DNA of 64,000 nucleotides from an uncultured Phycisphaerales bacterium. Lineage in GTDB: Bacteria > Planctomycetota > Phycisphaerae > Tepidisphaerales > Tepidisphaeraceae. The stretch covers positions 64,001 to 128,000 of the forward strand of contig CAWBWQ010000001.1 in NCBI GenBank assembly GCA_963792535.1, given 5' to 3'. The translations under genes and the position numbers were made by a program. Under the pieces are notes generated by a model, which saw only the letters and a program-made list of their open reading frames with translations, ran no database searches and was not told where the DNA came from. The stretch's first letter is position 1. Every line of letters starts with the position of its first letter. Shown here in pieces: positions 31,948-43,054 of the stretch.

Positions 31948-34544
31948 ATGAATGACGAAGCACGAGGAGTTCGCACAGGTTTTCGCATCTTTAAGCGAGT
32001 AAGCTGGAGCGCCTGCCTGCTTATCTTGCTTTCACCCCTATCTTTGTTCGGTCAAGCCAAACCTTCATTCGTGGAAGGTTATCATGGCGGTGTTGAAGGA
32101 CATTTTCCAAGCGGCACGTTGCAGTTTTTCGTGGATACCATGCGACGCACGCCGGACTGGAAATTGAACCTTGAAATCGAACCCGCGACCTGGGAATCGG
32201 AAAGGCAAAAAGAACCCGATGCCTACAACAGTTTCCAACAACTATATAAAGATGCCCCTGATCGCATTGAATTCGTTTCCGGCGTGTACGGGCAAACCTA
32301 CTTCTGGAATATCGATGGGGAAAGCCTTATTCGCCAGTTTATTTATGGTATGGAAACCATCCATAACCATTTCCCCAGTGCAGTTATAAAAACTTATTCC
32401 CCCGAGGAGCCTTGCTGGACAAGTGCTATGCCCCAAATCCTGAAGTCTCTGGGGATGTCTTACGCGGTCCTTAAAAACCCGAATACCACCTGGGGCGGAT
32501 ATTGCGTCGGCAAAGATGCTGAAGTGCTGAACTGGATCGGGCCTGACGGGTCGTCAATCCCAACAGTTCCGCGCTATGTCGGCGAGGCCGCGATTGGCAC
32601 CCGGGCGACGATAGCCAGTCTTAACACGACAGCTTATATCCAGAGCGCGAGAGATGCCGGGATACTCCACCCGGTTGGGATGTGTTTGCAAGATGCCGGG
32701 AGGATGGCCGGTCCCACGCCGCTCGGGGTGCCCTCCACGTATCGGACATGGACGGAGTATTTCGAAAAAGTCGCCATCAAGCCCACAGTAGACTGGCATT
32801 TTTCGCAAGAGGATATCCGCGTCAGTCTTATGTGGGGCGCGCAGGTGCTGCAGAGAGTTGCCCAGGACGTCCGCGGGGCCGAAAACAAGCTGGTGGCCAC
32901 CGAAAAAGCTTCGGCGCTGGCGGTATTGTTGGCCGGCGGGCAATGGCATGACGCCGACCTTCGCGATGCCTGGCGAACCCTTTTGCTTTCCCAGCACCAC
33001 GATTGCTGGATCGTCCCTATGAACCGCCATCCCGCGGGCACATGGGCCCAACAGGTGAGAACGGTTTGGGTCGCGAACACGCAAACAAAATGCAATAACA
33101 TCCAAAGCGAGGCCTTGGAAAAACTGGCTGCGGGAAGCGGACCTGCCGACGGAAACCGTTATATCCGGATCGTGAACACGGTCAGCGCCGACCGCAGCGA
33201 TATCGTTTCCGTGCCGCTGCCTTCCGGTTGGGGATCCAGGTACGCGAAGGTGTTCAACGCGCAGGGCCAGGAAGTGCCTTGCCAGGTCAGCGGCACCTCA
33301 TCACCAGAACTCGTCTTCAATGCGGCGACCCCGTCGCTCGGGTATTCCACCTACCGGATCGAGCCATCCGCAACGGCGCCGAAAGATTCCGGGCGCGGGC
33401 CAGCGTCCAATCCAACGGGGCAACAGTGATCGAGACCGATTTGTACAAAATCACCCTCGATCCCTCCCGAGGCGGAACGATCAGCAGCCTCTACGCCAAA
33501 GCCTTACAACGCGAATTCGTGGATGCGTCGAGCCCGCGGCGATTTAACGAATACCGGGGGCATCTCTATACCGGCACGTGGATAAGCAGCGCGGATGCGC
33601 CCGCAACCATCCAGATCGTCGAAAATGGGCCGGTGCGCGTAATCGTAACGGCAAGCGGAAAAATAGACTTCCATCCGTTCGTATCAACATTGACGCTGGT
33701 ACAGGGACAGAAACGCATCGACTTGAAGGTGCATATCGATTGGTCAGGCAATCCGCAAATCGGAGAGACCTGGAGCCCTAAGATTGTCTCCTCAGCTATG
33801 TCCAAGCCCTTCTACAATGACCGGTACAAATTACAGGCCATTTTCCCTTCCGCGCTTTCCGGACCCGTGGTACTGAATAAAAATGCTGCTTTCGATGTGT
33901 GCAAGAGCGCCAACGTCGATACGTTTTTCGACAGGTGGGATTCGATCAAGCACAATATCATAGTCAACTGGTTGGATATAAACGACGCTGCTGGAGCCTA
34001 CGGCTTGACACTCATGAGCGATCACACAACCAGCTATGCATTTGGGCCGAAGGATCCGCTCGGACTGGTGCTCGCTTACAGCGGGCAGGGATTATGGGAC
34101 AAAAACTATATCATCGCCGGACCTACGGAGGTGCGCTACTGCCTGATCCCCCATGCCGGTACATGGGACCAGGCGCACGCCTGGAACGAGCACTACCGCT
34201 GGAGCGAACCGCTGCTCGCAAGGATGATGGCCGCGCCACCGGAAGGGAACAGGGACAAGTCCATGGTAAGGACGGCAACGGGGACTTATGTTCCCACGCT
34301 TCTCATGGATGGCGGGAACATGCTGCTGCGCTTATTCAATGGCGAAGGCGATGCGCAAGAACAAACCGTGGAGCTCGGATTTGTCCCATCGGCCGCCAGT
34401 CTCGTCGAGCTAGATGGCAGGGTGATTTCGCCTGTCAGCGTCGTTCCCGACAAACAGCGGACATCCTCTATCATTAAACTATCGATACCCCGCTTCGGCG
34501 TGCGCACCCTGAAACTGGCGGTTTCAGTTAGAGGGCCAAGCTAA
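31948..34544 (+). CDS. secreted glycoside hydrolase family 38-like (alpha-mannosidase-like) (apparent frameshift ~33395)
   Basis: Signal peptide; GESLIRQF..G, MPQILKSLG, WIGPDGS, LLLSQHHD, GYSTYRI, ENGPVR, LLRLFN, FGVRTLKL. Confidence 0.8.
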
Positions 34545-34806
34545 ACAGCACGGACAAATTAGACGGCACTCGTTTGAACAGCGTTCAGTTAAGCTCTAAA
34601 CACCTTGTTTAAGCCTTTCGGCGATGATCCTCGTCAAGACCATTCGCCCCGAAGATACGAAAATTGGCATGATTACGCGTGACGGACGATTCGCGTGACC
34701 CCGTGCTTTAAACGTCAGGCTCGATGACGTGTGTCTACCAATTGAACCTTTTCTTGCCTTCCGCTGGCATCAAGGTTTTCGACTTCGGGCTTGCAGAACC
34801 CAAGTG

Positions 34807-35370
34807 CTAAGGGTGGAATTTGATGCCTTGATCCATCATCTCAAGGATCGCCTTAAGACGCTTTTCTCGCGTTTCCGCTTTCTTCGCTGTTTGAAGACGG
34901 TAGACAATCGAATAAATGTTCGCCCGGTTCAATGTGCCGAAAAAGGCCTTAGCCTTTGCATTCTTCTCCAGTTCTTTGAGTAAATCTTCAGGAACCGCGG
35001 CGCTGCCATGAGAATCGTATGCGGCAAGCCAGCGACCATCTGCCTTCGCCGCGTCGATCGCTTTCAGTCCCGACGGCGTCATCATCCCCGATTTGATGAG
35101 TCTTTCGCAGTGCTGGGTATTGATTTTGGACCACTGGCTCTTCGACTTTCTGGGGGTGAATCTTTGAATCCAGAAGTGTTCGTCCAAGGGCTTTTTCTGA
35201 CCATCGATCCAGCCAAAACAAAGCACCTGGTCCAACGCCTCCGCATAGGTAAGCGATTTGACCGGGCAGCCCTTTTTAGCAAAACGTAACCAGATCGCTT
35301 CTACAGAGGCATGATGTTTTTCCAACCAACTGCGAAATGCCAGCGAGGATTTAAAATGCAAAGTCTCCAT
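34807..35370 (-). CDS. YdeI/OmpD-associated family protein
   Basis: FRSWLEKHH, LCFGWIDG, RFTPRKSKSQWS, AKKAETREKR. Confidence 0.9.
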   Translation of the reverse strand: METLHFKSSLAFRSWLEKHHASVEAIWLRFAKKGCPVKSLTYAEALDQVLCFGWIDGQKKPLDEHFWIQRFTPRKSKSQWSKINTQHCERLIKSGMMTPSGLKAIDAAKADGRWLAAYDSHGSAAVPEDLLKELEKNAKAKAFFGTLNRANIYSIVYRLQTAKKAETREKRLKAILEMMDQGIKFHP

Positions 35371-35466
35371 ACGACGATTGTCCCCGTACCGTGACCACGA
35401 AGATCGTTAACATTTTCGAATTGCGCGTTTAAGTGACGACAGCGGCGCACCGATGAGCAGCAGACG

Positions 35467-35802
35467 TTAACCTCTCTTTCTTCCGTGTTTTTTGTCTAAA
35501 TGCTTTTCAAGGGCATCGAGTCGTCCGCTCCAATACGCTTCAAATGTTTCTGCCCAACTCGCCACCTCCCGAAGAGGGTCTGCCTGGAGATGGTAAATTC
35601 GTTGTCTTCCTTCTCGTCGCTCTGAAACCAGATCAGCATCTTTTAGAATTTTAAGCTGCTGCGAAACGGCGGCGAACGAAACGCCGAACGGTTCCGCCAA
35701 ATCACTGGCGCGTTTATCGCCACCTTTCAATAAAAGGAGGATCGTTCGCCTCGTGGGATGGGCAATTGCGTGAAAAATGTCATTCTGTTGAACAGGCCGC
35801 AT
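35467..35802 (-). CDS. ArsR/SmtB family transcriptional regulator
   Basis: FHAIAHPTRRTIL, AVSQQLKILKDADLV, EGRQRIY. Confidence 0.9.
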   Translation of the reverse strand: MRPVQQNDIFHAIAHPTRRTILLLLKGGDKRASDLAEPFGVSFAAVSQQLKILKDADLVSERREGRQRIYHLQADPLREVASWAETFEAYWSGRLDALEKHLDKKHGRKRG

Positions 35803-36336
35803 CTATTCTTTCTTCCACGACGGGTAAAAGCTTTGAACCTCAACAAATCGGCTTTGCCAGTCGGGCAGGGGATTTCGATTTAGTTGAGCCTCCAATCGAT
35901 CTAAGAGCACATGGGTGCCCGGAGCAAAACCAAGCGAAGTTCGTCTCGTAATGTTTCGATATGTAACGAGCAAGAGTGTAGAATCCGGCAGTGGAATAAG
36001 CTCCCATCGGAAGATGGCATTTTCGCCAAAAGGCATCTGGGGTACGGGTTCAACCTTCCATTCATATTCGAAAATGCGTGGAGGCTCCCATTTCAAGATC
36101 TTTCCTTTTACATGGAACTGTGCCGGGCCTGAGATCATTTCAATGCTGCCTCCCGGCCGCCCGTCAATTTGAGCCGAAGTGCACATCAGCCATTCTTCAA
36201 GCTCCTTTGGGTCGGTAATCGCATTCCACACAAGCTCGGGAGCATGTTTAAACGTACGCTTGAAAGCGATTGTTGCGTAATCTCCTTCAAGCGACACCTT
36301 TCCCCTACGGGATTCGTCATCTGCAACTCCACTCAT
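35803..36336 (-). CDS. SRPBCC/AHSA1 domain protein
   Basis: AAGGAG RBS; PELVWNAITDPKELEEW, DGRPGG, EPPRIFEYEW. Confidence 0.85.
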   Translation of the reverse strand: MSGVADDESRRGKVSLEGDYATIAFKRTFKHAPELVWNAITDPKELEEWLMCTSAQIDGRPGGSIEMISGPAQFHVKGKILKWEPPRIFEYEWKVEPVPQMPFGENAIFRWELIPLPDSTLLLVTYRNITRRTSLGFAPGTHVLLDRLEAQLNRNPLPDWQSRFVEVQSFYPSWKKE

Positions 36337-36347
36337 TGTCTTCTCCT

Positions 36348-36908
36348 TCAAACTGGCTCGTAGGATAGAAAAACCTTGCCATTGCGAAATGTGCGTGAGT
36401 TAACCAGCTTCATGCGAAGCGGGTGATCCAGTCCATCGAACATTGTCCGTCCTCGCCCGAGCACAATGGGAATCTGCACAAACTGATATTCGTCGATTAC
36501 ACCTTGGGTCGACAATTGGGAAACAATCGTGCCGCTCCCCATGATGACCAGACCCGGTCCGGACTCTGCTTTCAATTTCCGTATTTCCGCTAACAAGTCA
36601 CGCTTTGCCAGCCGTGCGTTGGTCCACGCCAACTTTTTGAGAGTCTTTGAAAACACGACCTTCTCAAGATTGTTCATCCGCTCCGCTACGACGGGAAGCA
36701 TTTGCTGCGCTTGCGGCGTAGGCCAGAAACCAGCCATCAGTTCATAGGTGACTCGCCCAAAGATGAGCGTTCCACCCCCCTTGGCGTTTTCCGTCGTGAA
36801 GGCATTGAATTCATCATCGTTGCCAGCCTTGGCCCAGCTCATATCGCCGTTTTGATCGACAAAAAAGCCGTCGAGCGATATCTGATTGAATACAACAAGT
36901 CTCCGCAT
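36348..36908 (-). CDS. dihydrofolate reductase-like (RibD C-terminal) protein
   Basis: ISLDGF, FGRVTYE, GSGTIV, IDEY...PIVLGRG. Confidence 0.9.
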   Translation of the reverse strand: MRRLVVFNQISLDGFFVDQNGDMSWAKAGNDDEFNAFTTENAKGGGTLIFGRVTYELMAGFWPTPQAQQMLPVVAERMNNLEKVVFSKTLKKLAWTNARLAKRDLLAEIRKLKAESGPGLVIMGSGTIVSQLSTQGVIDEYQFVQIPIVLGRGRTMFDGLDHPLRMKLVNSRTFRNGKVFLSYEPV

Positions 36909-36934
36909 AGCTGTCTCCTGGATAAGAAACATAA

Positions 36935-36980
36935 TTAAGCAATAGCTTAAACGATAAAAGTGACTTTAGTTATTGCTTAA
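36935..36980. promoter_or_regulatory. putative ArsR operator pair
   Basis: Perfect palindrome TTAAGC-aata-GCTTAA at 36935-36950 and an inverted imperfect copy at 36965-36980, upstream of the DHFR-SRPBCC-ArsR operon. Confidence 0.65.
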
Positions 36981-37003
36981 ATGAATGCAAGGGGAGCGTT
37001 CAC

Positions 37004-37252
37004 TTGATGGCGTACATTTTTAAACTGCGCGAACACGGTGATGGGTATGAGATTCCAGTGGAGCGAGCCGGCCTTACTTATAACGGTGCTAAAGGATTCT
37101 GGACGAGCCATGATTTGGACTGGCCCGTGTACGCATCCCATGAGTCATCGATTACCTTTGGAAGCCATTGGCTCGTAGAAAAAATGCGAGCCGCGCTTCC
37201 GGAGTTTGATCGCTACATCTACAAGGGTTGGGATCGCGCAGCGTACGCATAG
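37004..37252 (+). pseudogene. short hypothetical ORF, probably the 3' fragment of a longer gene
   Basis: Protein-like sequence (YASHESSITFG..WLV) with a poor start. Confidence 0.4.
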
Positions 37253-37404
37253 GGCCAGAAGTTCAAATCCCGTGAGTTACTCATCGTAACTTCTGATTTT
37301 CTGAAGTCGGCTGCGATAAAGATTGAACTGATAAAAATATTGCAATGCGATGCGAATCAGTGAGATAGAAGTTTGCTTGCGCCAAAACAAATTTCGGTCT
37401 AACC

Positions 37405-37421
37405 AAATCGGGGTGACAAGA
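37405..37421. mobile_element. att-like copy of the tRNA-Pro 3' end
   Basis: aaatcggggtgacaaga, identical to 44632..44648 (17 bp). Confidence 0.85.
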
Positions 37422-37642
37422 CACAAGTTGAACTTTTCTGCGTTTGTGCTCCAAAATTCCAGATTTACATGCCCCTTTGCCGAGACACCGCTCTGCCGGC
37501 GACGCGGCAACGGAGAAGGTTGCTAAAAGGCGAGTGTTAAGGTCTGTCCCATTTGCGCCGAGTAACCCCGTATATGCTCACAATGGGTCGAAGTTCGACC
37601 ATGGGCAGATAATCGCAGACGTAACAGAAACCCGTGTGTTAA

Positions 37643-40600
37643 ATGCGTACTCAGTTTATTAGGCGTTTGGCCGTCCTCCCTGACATCAAGTCGCTCTCAG
37701 CGTCGACTCGCAGGCAGCGTTCGATCCCGCGATCGCCAGTCGAATTGCTTGAGCGGCGGCGGCTGTTGTCGACCGTCACGGTCACATCGGGCGCTGATGC
37801 AATCGATTACTCCTCGTCGGTGACAATCACTCAGTTGAACAGCACACCGGTGACATTGCGAGATGCGATCAATGCTGCCAACAACACGGGGGGGAATAAC
37901 ACGATTGTTTTTGATTCGAGCCTGGCAAGCAGCACCATCAGTATCGGCAGCACCGGCGACGGCACATTCGGTCCTTCTGCATTTGCCGTCAGGAGCCAGA
38001 TCACGATTGACGGGGCAGCTGCGCCGGGGCTGGTCATCGCTCGCAACACGGGCACCACGGGTTCTGGACTTCGCCTGTTTTATGTCACTAGCGCCGGGAA
38101 TCTTACGCTGGAAAATCTGACGGTCAGCAATGGTCTGGCCCTGGGCGGAAGCAGCGGAGACGGCGCAGGGGCCGCCGGCCTCGGGGGATCGATCGTTAAT
38201 GCGGGCACGCTTACGGTGGTGCAGGACACCTTCAGCGGCAATCGGGCCGTTGGGGGAATTGGTTGTACCCTTTCCAACAGTCAAGGTGGAGGTGGACTTG
38301 GAGGTCCATCCACCGGGACCAGCGGTGGAGGTCCTAACGGCGGGGGTTACAATGGTAACGGGAACGGATTCAGCGGTGGATTTGGCGGGGGTGGCGGACT
38401 TGGTTATACCGGTGGTGGGGTAGGAGGTTTTGGCGGCGGGGGTGGTGCAGGAGCAGGAACAAACGGCGGGAACGGTGGATTCGGCGGCGGTGGCGCGTAT
38501 CCATCTGGCACCGCAGGATTCGGCGGGGGCAGCAGCAGTGGCGGTGGCGCGGGGCTGGGTGGCGCAATCTTCAACTATGGCGGAAGCGTCACGATTGCCA
38601 ACTCCACGTTCGCAACCAACTCCGCTATTGGTGGCGCCGCTCGGAATCTCGGCACGGCGGGCCGTGGCCTAGGTGGCGCGATCTTCAACCTTAACGGATC
38701 TGTTCTGGTCACCAACACCACGCTTGCTTACAACTCCGCTACTAGTGGTGGCGCTATCTACAGCCTGGGTGATAATGGTGTCGCCACCCAGAGCGGGCCG
38801 GCACTGCCCCACACCGCCGCCACGGTAATCCTGAACAATTCGATCCTGGCCGAATCCAGCGGCGGGAACGACTTCATTCAAAACACCAATGATTCGTCCG
38901 GTACAGGAACCAAAAGTGGAACCGTCTCCAGCAGCGGCACGAGCAACATCATTCAGACCGCAGCGTCAGGCGCGAACGGGTTTGGCGGCACTGCGGTCAG
39001 CGCCAACCCGTTGCTCGCCGGCGGTGCGGTTGCGAGCTACGGAGGCCCGTCACAAACCTTCGCGCTGCTCCCGGGCAGTCCCGCCATCGATGCTGGCACT
39101 GATTCACTGGCGGTTCTTAACGGAGTTGCGCTCAGCACCGACCAGTGCGGCAACAACCGCATGCAGAACGTCAGTGTCGATATCGGCGCGTTCGAATGCT
39201 CCGGATTTACAATCACAGTCACAGGCGGAAATAATCAGGTCGCCCAAGCAGGACACGCGTTTGCCTCCTCACTGGCGGTGAATGTGACATCCAACGGGCG
39301 AAGCATAAACCTGGCCGGCGCGGCAATCACTTTCACCGCGCCTTCCACCGGCGCAAGCGCCACTTTTGCAAGCAATCCCATCGCGCTCAACAGCAGTGGT
39401 GGCGGTACCGTGGTGGCAACGGCCAACAGCACGGCCGGAGACTACACCGTCAGCGTATCCGGCGCGGGCATTACTGCTCCTGCTTCGTTTTCGGTCAGCA
39501 ACGTCATTGCGCCGGTGATCATAACTAATCCTTTGTCGCAATCGGTCGCAGCCTTTCAAAGCGTTACGTTGTTCACCGCTGCTCTAGGATCTCCCAGCCC
39601 GACGGTGCAATGGGAAATGAGCACTGACGGCGGAACCACTTTCACCGCAATAGCCAATGTCACGACTGCCACGCTGACCGTTACCGTCTCGGGAACGCAA
39701 AATGGGAACCAATACCGAGCGGTATTCAGCAACGACGGCGGAACCACTACAACAACCGCGGCAACTCTCACCGTGACCCGGCTGGTGCCCACCCTGACCA
39801 TTACCGGGGGCGGTGTGTATAGCGGTTCCGCCTGCAGCGCTAGTTCGACCATCACAGGCGCGGGATCGGGAGCGATGCCGGCACATCCCTGGAAGGCGTT
39901 TCTCCAGACATATCGTACTACAGCGGCTCTACTGCAACCGGTACTCCGTTATTGGGGGCACCGATTGATGCTGGCACCTACACCGCATTGGCCAGCTTTG
40001 CAGGCAGCGCTGACTATCTACCACTCGCAACGGCGACGACGTTTCAGATTGCACCGGGCATTGTAGTCGTGAACGTCAGCAGTCTGACGGTCACGTACAA
40101 CGGTGCTTTGCAACCCGCAACAGACGTAACGCTACAGCCAGAGCCTTCGAGCCCCATCAACCTTGCCTCGCTGCTGCAATTGTCATATCAAAACAATTTG
40201 ACCGGTGTGATAACCAATACTGCCCCAGTTGATCCAGGAACCTACGCGATACTGGCGAGTTTTTCCGGGAATCTGAATTATAGCCCCATTGCATTGTTCA
40301 ATACAGGTCATACCGTGGCGATCAGTCCCTTTGCGATGCTTGCCAGTCCGGTCATTACACAGCGGATGCCGCGCGCGCACATTCCTGGGAAAGCTTGCGA
40401 CTACCAGCCAAATCAAGGGAGGCGCTATAACCATCCAATTTGCCGGCATCACACGCAAATTAAAGATTACCAGGCAAGGCACATTTTCCACCAAACTCTT
40501 TACAGGCAAGCTTCCGGTCGGAACTTATAACGTCGTCTACACCTATTCCAACCCAGGTAGATTCGCGACGAGCAGTTGGACCGCTACGCTTACCGTCCAC

Positions 40601-40648
40601 GCCAAGTTGCCTAAACTTCATCCTCATCGTCGTAAACATACCACTTGA
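37643..40648 (+). CDS. large secreted surface protein: LEPR-XLL, Gly-rich repeats, choice-of-anchor Q-like, Ig-like domains (apparent frameshifts ~39862, ~40372)
   Basis: PVELLERRRLLS; TLRDAINAAN; YGGPSQTFALLPGSPAIDAG...DIGAFE; PTVQW...QYRAVFSN; DAGTY repeats. Confidence 0.8.
38285..38565 (+). repeat. coding Gly-rich GGFGGGG repeats
   Basis: Several GG(F/L)GGG units inside the 37643 ORF. Confidence 0.7.
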
Positions 40649-40774
40649 TCAAAGTAGTAGCCGCGAGGGAAATTCACGGCACGAAATGAAATGTTGTCCG
40701 CAAAATCCACAGCCCTTTGGTAGACCTGAAGATTCTCGAACATGAAAGCGATCGTAATCGGCAAAAAGTAGACG

Positions 40775-40854
40775 AGCAGGAGAACAGGTGAGCAGGAGAC
40801 CGCAGTGGGACATCGGGACTTTGGTGTCTTTCCTGCCTCCTGATCTTCTGTTCT
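40775..40854. repeat. octamer-built imperfect palindrome
   Basis: gcaggaga/acaggtga/gcaggaga ... tttcctgc/ctcctga/tcttctgt. Confidence 0.6.
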
Positions 40855-40881
40855 ACTTCTCCACTACTCTATTTTTGCGCT

Positions 40882-40899
40882 AGCAAAAATCGGGGTGAC
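40882..40899. mobile_element. att-like copy of the tRNA-Pro 3' end
   Basis: agcaaaaatcggggtgac, identical to 44627..44644 (18 bp). Overlaps the hairpin atttttgc-gcta-gcaaaaat. Confidence 0.85.
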
Positions 40900-40985
40900 G
40901 GGACACCAGTCGAACTTTTTCTGCATTTTCTGCTCAGAAATGAAGTTGTTGGGCGGGCTAGTTTTCAACCCGCCGTTGCAAAAGT

Positions 40986-41928
40986 TCATCGGACTGACGC
41001 GCTGACCGCGCGTTGAATGACCTGTGGTGGCTGTCCGAATGCCCGCATGAACGAACGCCGCATTCGCTCGCGGTTTCCAAAGCCGTTTTTGCGGGCAATT
41101 TCCTCGGCGGAAAAACGGCCGGACTCCATCATCAGTTTCGCGGATTCCACACGCAGCCGCTCGATCGCCTTTGCGGGTGACTGCCCGGTTTCTTCCGCAA
41201 ACAGTCGGCTGAATTGCCGCGGACTCACAAAGGCCGCGGTTGCCAGTTCCTCAACCGACAGACGCTTACTCAAATTCTGTTTCGCGTAAGTGAGGGCGGA
41301 TTGCACACGATCGGATGTTGCGTCCAGATCAAGCAATGTCGAGTGCTGCGACTGTCCGCCCGCTCGACGGTGATAGACGACCAGTATCTTGGCGATCAAA
41401 CGAGCGAAGTCCGCCGCCAAGGTCATCCTCCACCAAAGCCAGCGCCAGGTCTACCCCGGCGCTCATACCGGCCGAGGTCCATATTGGCCCGTCTTTCGTG
41501 AAGATTCGATCCTCCTCGACGACGATTTTGGGATAGTCACGTTGCATCTTGCTTGCATGGTACCAGTGGGTGGTCGCCCGCTTGCCGTCGAGCAATCCCG
41601 CTTCGGCGAGCATGAGCGCACCGGTGCAGATCGAAGCGATGCGCCGGGTTCGATGAACGGCCGACCGAAGATAATTTAACAACCCCGGTGTCGCTGCCGG
41701 TGCCGCAATGCCGCCGGCGACGAGGATCGTGTCAAACGTGCGGCGTCGGAAGGACGAGGTCTCAATCTTATCTCCAAGCGACGTGGCTACCGGGCCGCCG
41801 TGCTCCGAAAGCAGCGTGACTTCATACGCCGCCGACCCCATCTTCCAATTGGCGGTTTCGAAAACGCTGGTGGCAGCAAAATTCATCGGGGAGAAAGCAG
41901 GATAGATGATGAAGCCGACTTTTTGCAT
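40986..41928 (-). CDS. GlxA family regulator (DJ-1/PfpI + AraC HTH) (apparent frameshift ~41414)
   Basis: ASICTGA, ATTHW, WTSAG; RRAGGQSQHS; SPRQFSRLF...GFGNRERMRRSF. Confidence 0.9.
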
Positions 41929-42090
41929 GTAATTGTGCGTCAGCGTAACCCACGGCTACCGAATGTCCTAAAACGCTGGATATCTGTCGTACTCCTCACT
42001 TGCTGGTGGTCTAGGGTATGTGGCAGACCGGCATCCTCGGTGGCCCTGCCGCTGGGCCGGTCCAGGTTGGAAACGAACGGAAGCAATCAA

Positions 42091-42966
42091 ATGACTGATA
42101 AAAAGATCCTGATTACGGGCGCAACAGGGGCGACCGGTGGAGCCGCGCTCAAGAAGCTTCTGGAACTCAAGGTACCGGTGAGAGCCTTTGTTCATCAAAA
42201 GGATGCGCGATCCGAGCAGTTGAGCGCCCAAGGCGTTGAAATTGTCTCGGGCGATTTGTCCGATTTCGAGGCGGTCAATGCTGCGCTGGACGGAATCACG
42301 GGGGCCTACTTCGTTTATCCCATTCAGGTGCCGGGCATTCTGGAGGCCACCGCTTTTTTCGCGCAGGCAGCTCTTGAACACGGCGTTCGCGGGATCGTGA
42401 ATATGTCGCAGATTACGGCGCGAAGGGATGCGAAAAGCCACGCCTCGCAGGGGCACTGGATTGCCGAGCGCCTATTGGATCGTTCGGGAATTGCGGTCAC
42501 GCACCTGCGACCCACTTTTTTTGCCGAATGGCTCATGTACCAACGGAAGGATATCAGCGAGCGGAACATTCTCCCGCTGCCTTTTGGTGATGTACGCTAC
42601 GCTCCCATCACAGGTGAAGATCAAGGGCGGGTTATCGCCGCGATTCTAAACAACCCGGCCCCTCACGCGGGAAAAACGTATCCCCTCTACGGCCCTAAGG
42701 AGCTAACCCAGTACGAAGTTGCCGAAATCCTTTCGCGTGTCCTCGGAAGGAAAATTACCTACGTTCCGATGGAAATCGAGGCTTTCAGGGTCGTGCTGAA
42801 GGACAGAGGATTCACGCCTCACTTTGTTCAACACATTGCGGCTGTCGCTCAGGATTGTCGGGACGGACTTTTTTCCGGAACGAACGATTGGGTGGCAACA
42901 CTCACGGGGCAAGAGCCACTCGAAATGGCGGACTACATCACCAGGAACAAGGTGATGTTCGGTTGA
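42091..42966 (+). CDS. NmrA family NAD(P)-binding protein
   Basis: ILITGATGATG, LRPTFFAEW, HAGKTYPLYGP. Confidence 0.9.
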   Translation: MTDKKILITGATGATGGAALKKLLELKVPVRAFVHQKDARSEQLSAQGVEIVSGDLSDFEAVNAALDGITGAYFVYPIQVPGILEATAFFAQAALEHGVRGIVNMSQITARRDAKSHASQGHWIAERLLDRSGIAVTHLRPTFFAEWLMYQRKDISERNILPLPFGDVRYAPITGEDQGRVIAAILNNPAPHAGKTYPLYGPKELTQYEVAEILSRVLGRKITYVPMEIEAFRVVLKDRGFTPHFVQHIAAVAQDCRDGLFSGTNDWVATLTGQEPLEMADYITRNKVMFG

Positions 42967-43054
42967 GTTTCGGGGATCGACTGGAGAAGCACATGAAGGC
43001 CGATCGGGCATTGGGCATGTTGATGCAGGCTAAATAACTACCTGGGATGTGGGA

